From assembly GCA_000708835.1 (NCBI GenBank), contig DF237298.1, positions 33,616 to 97,615 on the forward strand: a DNA stretch of 64,000 nt, read 5' to 3'. This DNA comes from Klebsormidium nitens. Its lineage: Eukaryota > Plantae > Klebsormidiophyceae. A program made the position numbers and the translations under genes. Position 1 is the stretch's first letter. Each line of letters starts with the position of its first letter. Under the pieces are notes generated by a model. The model saw nothing but the letters and a program-made list of their open reading frames with translations. It had not been told where the DNA came from and made no database searches. This document shows, piece by piece, positions 26,301 to 37,194 of the stretch.

Positions 26301-29300
26301 GGATCGTCCCGGTACAGTCCACCGGGTTGGTCGAGCCCTGGCTGGCCAGCACCATCTCCGTGAGCCCGGTGATCGCGCACAGCGGGTTGCGCAGCTCGTG
26401 GCACACGAAGCCCAGGAACTCCAGCAGGTTGCCGCGCTCGCGCTCCAGGGCCTTGACCGTCTTTAGTTCGGCCGTAACCGCCCTCTGCAGGGGTAGAGAA
26501 AAGCGGGTTTAAGAACTGATTTGGTTCGTTCCACTCGATCTACAGGTTGAAAAGCGTGGGCTTGGAAATAGATTGCCGCGCTCGCGCTCCAGGGCTTTGA
26601 CCGTCTTTAGTTCGGCCGTAACCGCCCTCTGCGAAGGTTAAAACCGAAGTGGGTTAGGAACCCGGAGTGGTTTAGCGACTTAATTAATCGCAGAATAAGT
26701 TTTGCATTGCCGCGCTCGCGCTCCAGGGCCTTGACCGTCTTCAGCTCGGCGGTGACCGCCCTCTGCAGAGGTAGAGAAAAGCGGGTTTAAAAACTGATCT
26801 GGGTCACTCAACTCAATCTGGACTAGAAGTGCGCGGACTTATGATCAGGTTGCTGCGCTTGCGCTCAAGGGGCTTGACCGCCCATGGATCAGCCGTAGCC
26901 GCCCTCTGCAATTGCGGAAGCCGAAGTAAGTAGGAACTCGAAGCACGCTTCTCTTGAACCTTCACATCGCTTCCTCCGGATCAGTTGAAGGCCAGTCTAC
27001 GCGTGATCAGCCAGACCAGATCAAAGGCAAAGCCACCTAGGGCGGCCTCGACCGACTTTCTCCTGCACCTTTACGTTCCTTACTCAACGCCAATCTACGC
27101 TAAAGTAACCAAACCAGGTTGGCCGCAGTCGCCTCGGCCGACTTCTCCTGCACCGTCAAACCGTTTCATCAAGTACGAGGTTAAAGCCGCTCTATGCCGG
27201 AGTTAGTAGACCGGGTTATCCACAAACCCACCCTGGGTCGCCTCGACCGACTTCTCCTGCAGCCTCAAATTGCACTCAGATGCAAAATGAAGGTCGGTTA
27301 ACGCTGAAGAGCTCAACGATCAACACCGGGTTATCTGCAAACCCACCTGGGTCGCCTCGACCGACTTCTCCTGCAGCTTGAGCAGGCGCGCCATGTCCTC
27401 CGCCTGGCTCTGCCGCATGCCCTTCAACTCGCTCTCCATACGGTCCCGCAACCGCTTCGCGCCCGCGATGCTCTCGCGCCGCAGGGCGTCCATCGCGTCC
27501 GCGTGCTCCTACAAGATAGCCCGATGAAGATGTTAAGTACGTACTGATTTTGGGTTGGGCTAAGGCCACCCTGAGTCAGGGCAATGTAAGAGAAACGGGT
27601 GGGGTAGGTCCGAGAGTTTCGGTAGGGGACGGGTGCCGAGCCCATCAATTTTGCATCTAGGGATTTGATTTGATTGTGAGCCTCAATCTGTGACATGAAG
27701 CACCCCTCTGTGTCTTGACCGCTTTTCATTCAAGACGTTAAAAGTTGGTGTGGAATCTCGTTACTTTTGGGGCTTCGAAAGTCCCTCATCCAGCGAGGGT
27801 GCTGCCCTACTCTCGCTCGCACTTCTCTCGGGGCTTATATTCAAAACGGAATACCCCACCGACTTACCTTCCGAAGCGCGGACAGCACTCGCTTGTGCGA
27901 GTCGACGACCATCTTGATCCGCATCATGCTGTTGGTCTGCTTGGCGCCCTCCTCCTCCTCGATCTTGTCCGCCAGCTCCTTCCGCTGCTTCCTCTCCTCC
28001 TCCGTGCCGGAGCCGGAGTTGGAGTCCTCGCCGTAGCCCTCCGTTCCGTTGCCGTGCTCCGGCGGGTGGCGTCCCATGTCGCCGTCGGCGGAAACGCTGG
28101 GCGTGGTGGTGCTCGCGGGGTCCGTGGAGACCGACGGGTCGAACTCCGACATGAAGTCGACGAAGTCGTCCTCCAGCTGCGCGAATGCGGGCAAATCAAG
28201 AGCGTTATTCTAGCCGCACGATCGCAGGAGAAGCGCCACGTGTCAAGTCGGACACTTCCTTCAGCTGCATGCTTTCATAACAGACCACAACGTATCCAAG
28301 AGCGTCCTTCCGGCTGCACTGTCAGAGGCAAACCGCCACGTGTGGACTCAGCATGAGATATCTACTTCCACAGCTGCATGAACTGCGGGAAACTTGCCAC
28401 GTTTTCGGGACAGCGGCGCAACTGGGAAGGGAGAACGAGGTTTGAACAGCGCTCGGCAAGGCCTGCTGTTCTCAAGGAGTTGACCGGTGCATTTTGGGTA
28501 CCAGGGTGGCAATCAGAGAGCACGTACGAGAGTTCTCCGCATTGAATGAAAACCCAACAAGAGGGCCGCTGCAAACTTTGCTGCAACTTACAAGGACCAG
28601 ACATCTCTTGAGCTGGTGACTATTAGAGTCACGGAAACGAACGGTTCAGAACAACTGACAATCCAACGGTTCGACCATCCGTACTTACCTTGAAGTATTC
28701 AGTGTAGCATTCCTTTAGGTATCTTTCTGAGTCTGCTTGCGCACAAATCTGCTCAAGCCCATTGTGACGGCCTCACCTGGTTGTTCCACGCGCGGCGCTT
28801 GACCTCAATCTCCTTCTGGAAGCGCGCGCGCAGCTTCTTGGCCGTGCGCTTCTGCTTGCGCGTCACCGTCTCCGCGTCCATCTCGAAGCCCGCCGCGCGC
28901 CGCGTGCGCGTGTACTGCTGCATGTCCGAGTCCAGGCTGTGCTTCAGCTTCATCAGCTCCAGCTCGTGCTCCGCCTGCAGCTTCTGCACCGCCGCCAGGT
29001 GCCCCGCCTCTAGTTTCATCGCGTCGTGCACGCACTTCTGCTCGTACTCGAAGCTCTTGGCCGTCTGCTTCTGGTTCACGAGCTGCCGCTCGCGCAGCTG
29101 GTCCCCTTGTTTCGCGTGCGTGACCCTCATATGTTCAATCTCCAGCGCGTGCGCCTTGATCAGGATCGCCTTGGCCTCGGTGGGGATGCTCTTGAGCCGC
29201 ATGTTGACGGACATCTCCGCGTTGGAGATCGTGCGTTCCTGCCACTGGACGAGCTCCTGCCCCTCGCGTGTGTGCCGCTCTTCCTTCTGCTCGAGCCGCT

Positions 29301-31458
29301 TGTTGAACGCGTCGCGGTTGCGCTGCAGCTTCAGCGCCTGCTGGAGCGCCAGCGTGTGCGCCGCCTGCAGCTGCTCGAACTTGGCGTCCTCCACCCGCTT
29401 GCGCTGGACGTGCTCCTGCAAAACGTAAGCGCAGCCGTTAATTTTGCTCGGGCTTGAGTCCTAGCCGTCGGACTATGTATCTGATCGGTAGACGGTGTCA
29501 GAGTCAACGTACCGGAGCTGCTGGCAGCTGTTCGAACTTGGCGTCCTCGACCCGCTTGCGCGGAACATGCTCCTGGGAGACCAGAAAAGCTGAGCCGTCA
29601 GATGGATCTAAAGAGGAAATTGAAAAGTCGTAATCCTAAGGCAGCTTGGACCAGCTGCCTCAGCTGCTCGAACTCGGCTCCTACGACCCGNTTGGCCGTC
29701 GTGGGGTCTCGCCTTCCGTAGGCGGTAACGGNNNNNNNNNNNNNNNNNNNNAACCCCTTTCGGGCGGTCCGTTCGGTACCGGCCGTTCGTCGTCCGGTAC
29801 CTAGTGCGTCTCGGGAGTACTGAAAGCTCGAGGTCGTCGACGTATCGANCTAAGAGGAAATTGAAAAGTCGTATCCTAAGGCAGCTTGGTACCAGCTGCC
29901 TCCAGCTGCTCGAACTCGGCGTCCTCGACCCGCTTGCGCTGGGTGTGCTCCTGCGGAACGGTTGACAGCCGTCAGATCTGCTCGAGCTTGAGCCGTAGCC
30001 GTCAGATTACGTAGTCCATTATTAGTGGGACTTGGAGTCAATACGAGCCGCTCGCAGCTGCTCGAACTTGGCGTCCTGGACCCGCTTGCGCTGGACGTGC
30101 TCCTGGGGGAAAGAAAAACAGCCGTTAGATTTGCTCAAACTTGGTCCGTAGGCGCCAGATTAGGTACGTAATCAATTGAGACAGGGACTGGCGAGTAGGT
30201 ACTAGCTGCTCGCAGCTGCTCGAACTTGGCGTCCTCCACCCGCTTGCGCTTCACGTGCTCCTGCGGAATCCAATAACAGCCTTTGAATCTCCTCGATCAG
30301 CTTTGACGAGCAATCGATTGGGGGGGGCCTTTGAGTCAATCTTATCTGCTTGCAGTTGCTCGAACTTGGCGTCTTCGACCTGCTTGAGCTGAACATGTTT
30401 CTTGGAAAACGAACACAGTCTCCGTTGAACGACTGAATAAAGCCATCGCGTAAGTCCAATGTGGTAACGACCAATTGTGATGCGGAGTCATGACGAGCTG
30501 CCGCAAGTTCAGAATTGGCGCTTTTTCTCCAGTGCTGCAAGCGCACCAAGGAGACAAACTACCAGCCGCTGACACGATGTCGGAGTACAATCCTAGTCGT
30601 CACGTTTGCTGGAGCTTGGTATCAGCTATCTTGAGCTGCTTGAGCCCAAGCCTGAGCTCAGACCACTTGCCCTGGACGCGTTCCTGAAGATATGCTCGTC
30701 GCGGTTCGTCGACTTGGAACAACGTGGCCGTCGAGTGACTGGACGTTGGATCAAGATCAAAAGCAGAAGCCAGCTGAGTTCGAACGCGCGTCCTCAACCC
30801 GCTTGCCCTGAACGTGCCCCCCGCAGAGATAAGATGCTGCTAGGTCCATGCTGCTCGACCAGAGAAACACGCTGCAGCTTCCGAATGGACAAGACTGAGA
30901 CGGCCTTACCTGGAGCTTCATCTCGAAGGCCTGCAGCATGCTGTCGCGCTGCTCGCGTTCCTCCATCCGGACCTTGGACTCGGACCGCTCCCGGATCTGC
31001 TCCAGCTCCAGATCGCGCTCCGCCACGTTTTGCAGGAGCAGGATCTGCGCCTCCTCCTTCTCGTGGTGTAGCCTCTGCTGCTGCAGCCTCACAACCTTAT
31101 CCATAACCGCCTGCTCCTGCTTTAACCTGGCCATAACCCTCTCCTGCTCCGACGACAGGAACTGGCGCCACTCCGATGCGCTTACGCCCGACGACGGGTC
31201 CTCGTCCCCATCCAGGTTTAGCAAGCTCTCGGTCAACCCCCGGTACTTGTAGTCAGACGACACCATTTGGTACTCCACATCAGGGGCTGGCGTTATGAAG
31301 TCCGACATTGAAAAGAGGTTACCGGACTTCTCCCGAAACACGCGGTCCTCCATCTTCCCCGGAGGGGAGACTGCCCCCTGGGAAAGAGGGGCTGTCCCTT
31401 CCTTGGGACCTGAACGGGTTCTCCTAATCCTAGGTCTGTCTTCGGGGCTCGTAGGCAT
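23398..31458 (-). CDS. Hybrid histidine kinase (long coiled-coil N-terminus, HisKA, HATPase_c, receiver), about 1014 aa
   Basis: 7 exons, phase-consistent: 31458-30910, 29415-28777, 28176-27868, 27508-27347, 26484-26165, 25013-24218, 23667-23398. H-box FVCHELRNPL, N-box RQILGNLTSNAIKFT, G1 DTGLGI, G2 TGLGLCISKSLVKRMGG. Receiver: LVAEDN, LILDIQ|MPEMNG (phospho-Asp spans the last intron), VVTKPF. Confidence 0.93.
23725..23860 (-). repeat. Intronic copy of acceptor + start of histidine kinase last exon
   Basis: 23735-23811 nearly duplicates 23596-23672 (GCGACCGCCTTCAGCGGGTGCTC...CCGTTCATCTCGGGCATCTGCAG); a fainter copy lies at about 23830-23855. Confidence 0.88.
25014..26164 (-). repeat. Two abutting tandem arrays: exon-5 3' end + donor (x3) and acceptor + exon-6 5' end (x4)
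   Basis: Donor copies TCACCGGTA...GAGCAGCTCC near 26007, 25855 and 25696; acceptor copies near 25100-25160, 25225-25290, 25355-25400 and 25480-25530. Confidence 0.9.
26485..27346 (-). repeat. Tandem copies of exon-5 5' end with acceptor (x3) and exon-4 3' end with donor (x3)
   Basis: Acceptor copies at 26571-26635, 26705-26795 and 26848-26912; donor-side copies at 27030-27070, 27110-27155 and 27204-27265. Confidence 0.9.
29416..30909 (-). repeat. Tandem array (about 150 bp period) of [acceptor + start of histidine kinase exon 2] inside intron 1
   Basis: About 8 variants of GCAGCTGCTCGAACTTGGCGTCCTCCACCCGCTTGCGCTGGACGTGCTC-CT, ending near 29572, 29950, 30102, 30260, 30400, 30545, 30680 and 30820. 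Confidence 0.92.
29732..29751. other. Assembly gap (20 N) with low-quality flanks
   Basis: N run plus isolated N at 29691 and 29849; it lies inside the histidine kinase intron-1 repeat array. Confidence 0.98.
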
Positions 31459-33544
31459 GGGGGGGAGGGCGGCGAGCGACAGTGACCAAAGCTGCTCGCA
31501 AGGTTAACAAGGGGGCGGTTCTGCAAGCGAGAAACACCTGTTGTTAGGATTGTTCGCATCATCGTAAGAAAGAGACACTTGTGCCAAAATCTGTGGAAGC
31601 GGGGCTGGAAAGGTTCAGCGCTTCTGCAAGATTTTTGCAGGCAATCTTAAGGGCCTATGAAAAGAAGTCTTCAATCCAGTGGTGCCAATGGATAAAGGCT
31701 GTTTCCCAAAATTGTGGTCTAGGTCACTTTTGAGCGGGGCCTGCAATGCCATGGCTTGCCGGCAGGATGATGGGGCCCTCTCCTGGGTGATTTGCACCTT
31801 TGTGAGACACGGAGAAAAATTGAAGGGTACGGTGCCAAGTGAGGGCTGAACGTAAGGGTTTTGTTCAGGGGGGATTTCTTGATCATCATATCCTGGATTT
31901 CAAGATAAGAGGACTGAGCCAATGTCTACTAGCGGCATGGAGACTTCAGGGCGTGGCAAATCAGAAAAGAAAGAAGACAACAGGAATGACTGAACGCCCT
32001 GTTTGAACTGTGAAACTAACTAGCATGCCTTTCCCTGAAGAACCTTCTAGCACAACTTTTGTTGAAGAAGCTCCTGAAAGCCATCCTTGACGCAATGCCA
32101 GACCTTCTCAAATAGTCATCCCTGCTGACGCAGACAATCTTTGGCTGTGGACAAAGTCTGCCTTGAGCTTTTACTACAACAGGCCATCTCGGCATCCGCA
32201 AGTCTGAACACAAAGCAAACAGAAAACCTTATGATGTCCATGGAATCATGCATACATCATGCTTTCATAAGGGAAGCCACAACTTGATTGCCCCAGCCGG
32301 GGGGCACCGAGAGGCTTAACAATGTGGCTGAAGGCTTTTGCCCTCTTCCCACATTCGAGCAGAAATGATACGTTTGCCTTACAATGCCGAGCGACATGGG
32401 AAGTAACTCTTGCCCTACAAGTTAACAGTTCAAAGCTCAGGAACAGAGGGTTTCCAAACATCTCAATCAGACAGGCCTACAATAAGATCACATAGTTGCT
32501 GCTCAACTACTCAGAAGAAGGGGGCCCTTGCAGATGGTATGAAGACAGCCGAAAATCCATACGCGTTTAAAACTCATATCAGACATCATATTGCCTAGGG
32601 CCTGATGAACATTCCATCCAAGCAAGGCAGGAATTGCTGATCTGCCCAATCCATGTTAGAAGCCTTCTCCTTGACTCTGGTCCAGTTTGTGGAAGCTTGA
32701 ACTTCTGGACTCACTGAAATAGTATGCTCAAGTGCATAACTTATGTTTGCTCTTGGGGCCAGTGATCTTTGTAGCAAAACCGTAGCCCTGTGGCTAACGA
32801 AGGCATGACTTTACCTGAATTGAGCGCCTTCGCTTTACGCAGGGTGCTTGCGTATGTCCTGCTACACGAATGGCCTCCCCTCAAAGAACAATTCCACATG
32901 GCAACGAAAAAGCCGCGGATGCGCTGAGCAGTATCCAGTTTCTTTGCTACCGTCGCCCGCCGCCGAAATTGCTTTCAAATAGATAGCCCTTGCCAGGCAA
33001 ATTCACGCTCCGTGCAGATAGAAAGCCCTCAGCTTGCCAGGCAATTGGTCACACTCCGTGCAGCTTTCAATCAAATTTAGCCGTTCCCTGTCTTCTCACA
33101 AAGGGTCTTGGGGTCCACTTGCAAAGCTGTTCCCCCTTCCATCGTGCTGCTTACAGTGCTGCTTTGCTTGTTATCGCCCTCTGATCGCCTTCCTAGAGAT
33201 CAGAATGATTCCAGTAAACTTGACAGTGCAAGTACAATTCACATGGCGCGGCGCGTTCTCCACACCCCTTCAATCGTCTTCTAGCTTCCTGGCTTTAGGG
33301 CATTTCTCACTTTTCGCTTTTTGATCGGAGGCTTTCCAGCCGAACGTGACACAGCACTCAGAACAGATCAGCAACTGCCACAGTGTGTGGATACGGAAGA
33401 TCACGTTTCTCCTGCAACGGTCAACCCACAGACAAACTTCTTCTGCACATTTCTCCTGCAAAATCTGAAGTTCAACTTGTTTGGAGCACTGAGCAGGCTG
33501 CCGCGCCATTTGCTGATTAGTCAGGGGTCTCTATCCGATTCAAA

Positions 33545-33630
33545 TCTGATTCAGTCTGATTCAGTCTGATTCAGTCTGATCTGTGATCCGAGCCCATGTA
33601 CCTTTACTACTACTACTACTACTAGTACTA
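33545..33630. repeat. Simple repeats (TCTGATTCAG)x3.6 and (TAC)x6
   Basis: Read directly at 33545-33580 and 33605-33622. Confidence 0.9.
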
Positions 33631-36600
33631 GTGCAACCGTCTGATCAGTTGAGCGGTTGACTGCTGACATCAGTGTCAGGTTTCAAGTTGCACTCTGATG
33701 CGCTCAGCTCAGTCAGTTTGTGTCCGTGCGATCAACAGAACCGGAGCATCTAACGGCAAACTTACACCCAAGTGGCAACTGGTGTAGGAAGCTTCTGCCT
33801 GACAAGCCCACAAACACGACTCAATGATCGAGTTGGAACTTGGCGGACGACAGTGGACACCGGCTGAAATTGTGGCCGCTGTTGAGCAATCATTGGAAGT
33901 TGGTTGCAATGAAATTTCCGTGGCAATTTTCCGTCGCGCGAGCCTCAGGCGACAATGGCTGCCACTGCCCGGTTTTTGACAACTTCCTCATCCGAGCACC
34001 TAAAATGGTGATCCAACCACCATTAGAAAGCTCTCAGAAAGCTTTGAAGACTCATGCTAGGTGCTGGCTTCATAGAGCCGGTAATGCAGAGGGAGAGCGT
34101 AAACAATTTTTCAGCCATCGACGGGCCAGTGTGGATCTGTGACATTTACAGCTTCCAGATTTCTGTTCCAGATTTCTGAGCTTCTCAAGATGCAGTCATG
34201 CCTGAGACGGGGAGCAGAACTTTGCATTCTGCAAGGCTGAGATGCAGCCACTTGGGATCACGCGGGGACCGCGCTTCAATATTGAAAGGGAGTACCATTT
34301 TGACCATTTCTTGTTTTGTTTCGGGTTGCTTTTCACATGCTCTCTATTCCCAGACTTGATGTCTCTCAAAGTCTCACTGGCAGTTTATGCAAGCAGCATT
34401 GCTGAGCTTGTAGCCGCTTGCGCTAGCTTTTGCATACTGATGGCCCATGATGTCCTTCTTTTTCCAAGTCTTCTGCCTTTGCTTCTACCTCGATGTGGCA
34501 GCTTTCAGTGATGCAGCACCTGAGCAGCCTTGTGATAGCCCTGACCGAGACCACTGGTGCGCCTGCATTGCTCGCATTGCTTAGCAGCCCCAGAAAGACC
34601 TAGACACAATCGCCGCGTTACTGTCGGACAGCCGCTCTAGTTGAGCACTTTTACCCCTCTTGGAAGCCGGGCTCCGCTCTTCTTAACACTTGCCTCTTCA
34701 AGAAACTCCCCACAAGAACTTTCCACCTTTATCGCAGCAAGCACGCCAGTTTGCCTAGCTGACTTCGTTTACAGATCTGGTTTTGTGCACATCTTTTGTG
34801 CTACACCTGGCCATTCACCCATTTACCCGTTTACCCATTCACCCCATTTATCCGTCAAGAAAAGCTGCGAATTCGCTCTTTTCGGACAACGTTTACCCAT
34901 GAGAACTCCCCGCGAGCAATCTCCGCTTTTACCCGCAGTTCGCATTCGAGCTCGGCATTGACCCAACACATCCATTAATCAATTGATCTTAATTGCTTGT
35001 GCGGCCAGGGTAGACCTGGTATCGTTGCACAAGTTTGGCAGACGCATGTCCAATGTTTTTGTCGAAGTCACTCAAGATTTACCGATCATGTGGATTCTCC
35101 ATATCAGATCCTGTCCATGCGACCGGCTTGCATCTAATGTGAGTGAAGCCTTACATGCACGGGAGGGCACCCCCGGGGTACCTTTTCCCTCTTCCTAAAA
35201 ACCGGACGCAATAAAACAGGGCGTACTGGAAGAGGGTTTTTAATGGCCCGACACTTTCCTCTCTGCTAAGCAATGGCATGGCCTCGCTCAAGGTCTATTA
35301 TCTGCATGGACTACTGGTACTTGGAGAAGATCCCACCCAAACTTTATGCCCGGCAGGTTTCGGCTTCTGAATACATGTGTTTGTTTGTCAAAATTCTTCG
35401 GAAGAGGTAGCCCTCACCGACTTACGAACGTATCAGAGCCAACTCCTCCCCGGCCTTGACAAGTACACAACGTTTTGTTGAGAGTTGTCAAAACTGAACC
35501 GCCGGAAAGCTCTACAAGATACCTTTATGCACACGCTGCACCATCGTACACGACCAACCTACTCACCTACCGGGGCCCGTGACCTGCCGCCATGAAGACC
35601 CTACTACGTGTCCAACTTTACTAGCAGAATTAAGCACCCATTCGTAGATTTGTGCTAAGGTTTGTCAATTTGTCCAAGCTAGCATGTTAGGGCATATCAG
35701 GTGATCAGGCATAAAGGGTTATCCAATGAAGGTAGGCCATATAGTGAGTAGGAAGTGCATGTACCGTACTTGCAGTGGTAGAGTAGCTTTTCTATTCAAA
35801 CGTTCAGACTCGCAACAAAATGTGTACTCGCTCTCAGGTCCATGGCTCACGCTACGGCCTTATTAAAGAAGCATACATACACACATTGGAACCTTTCCGC
35901 AGCAACTGCGGGTCGACAGTTAGAACTTAGAACTCCTCACTCGACGATGTCTAGAGAGGACAGAATCTTGAAGGGGCTTGTTTAGGTATTCGCTCTCAGG
36001 GTTGCCGCAAAACGCGGAGTACTTCGCTTGCATTGTACACTGCGGTCCCCGGAGGGCCCGACTCCCACCACCTATCAGCAGCTCGATTCCTCTCTGGCAC
36101 TTTACCCAAATATCGCGGGGAGGAGTGGGCCCTCCGTTCGGTGGTTTGCAGAATCGACGTTTGTGAATCACTTTGAAGGTTGTATTGATCGTGTCAACAA
36201 CCTTTCGAAGGTTTCTTCAGATTTGGGTCACTGCGCAGTGCGGACTCGGAGGGCCGGCAGCTTTGACAAGTTCAATTGTCACACTGAGGCTTTGTACCGG
36301 CAATAGGAAGTACCGTATACCGAAGAGGACAATTGACACCGTCTTCTATCAGAAATGTCCATCTTGCACCGTCGATTCAACTTGTAACTCTCATCCAAGG
36401 GCCGGACCCTGCTGTGGTTACTCCGACACAAATTGGCCTCGTGGTGCACGTGTTCGACCCGCCGCAGCGCACAGAATCAGGCCAGCCTGCTGCTTTCGAT
36501 ATCGTTCCAGCTCAAGCTCTTGAAAGCTTTGGGCCGACTCTAGCTTCGTGACTTGGAGATGGTCACTTGCACGCGTGCACACTGCACACCCAGGTGCATA

Positions 36601-37194
36601 GCGCGTTAAAAGATCAGCGTTCTTTGCCGCGGCCTGCAAGTGTTATAATTTCTTTCTGGATTCCGATTTCGACATCGAAATGTCAACCATGGTAGGACAG
36701 GATGTGACGCCGTAATTGTGGGCGTTGCCACGCACTAATTCAGGCCAGGCGCTCAAATAATGGAAAGCGGCATGCCAGCCTGCTGCCAGTACATGGGTCC
36801 ATTTCGTGAGCGAGTCCCGAGCGAGTCACCAGGCTGCTCTGAGTGCGAAATCACCTTGGGCCTAGGAGAGAGTTTCAAGATTTCGAGGGTCCAACTCTGT
36901 TGTTTTGGACTTTGATCCGAGCTGACACTGTGACACTGAAACAGAAATGTTCTCACAGCTGAGGGCTGAGTTGTATGTACATTTGCAGAGGGTGGGTATT
37001 TCATTCCAAGTTTCAATCTCCTCAAAAGGCTATCACTTCTTGCCGCCTAGCTCTTTCCATTATTCCAGTTTGAGCTCACTGGTGGACCAAGAGCGGAACA
37101 ACCTCTTCTTCCTATTCAAAGCACTGCTGCCAAACTGCACCTGATCAGCTGCGCATGCTGCTGCCAAGCCATCGAGTGACTGAAGAGCAACAAG

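Noticed and set aside
28781-29457. Long + strand ORFs (215 aa, 143 aa), and similar ones at 24425-25147, 27745-28356 and 11661-12551
   Set aside because: Antisense shadows of GC3-rich exons of the kinase and POLA1.
29609-29935. Near-identical duplicate segments either side of the N gap (about 29609-29690 versus 29850-29935) and odd sequence at 29692-29849
   Set aside because: They differ by single-base indels and abut Ns, typical of unmerged low-quality contig ends. Counted once, not as a real extra repeat unit.
29416-30909. Regularly spaced repeats resembling a CRISPR array
   Set aside because: Eukaryotic intron; the repeats are degenerate copies of the host exon, the inter-repeat DNA is also homologous between units, and there are no cas genes.
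35180-35245. Interleaved short inverted repeats (CCCTCTTCC/GGAAGAGGG and AAAAACC/GGTTTTT) suggesting a pseudoknot
   Set aside because: Short stems, overlapping arms and no evidence of transcription.
35940-36650. Protein-looking + strand frame (…FVNHFEGCIDRVNNL…HRLLSEMSILHRRFNL…) interrupted by about 6 stops
   Set aside because: No recognisable gag, RT, transposase or other motif, and the stop density is not convincingly below chance. A tBLASTx/HMM hit would be needed to call it a pseudogene or TE relic.
31460-37190. Many short ORFs in the 5.7-kb divergent spacer
   Set aside because: No GC3 bias, no coherent exon chain and no recognisable domains.
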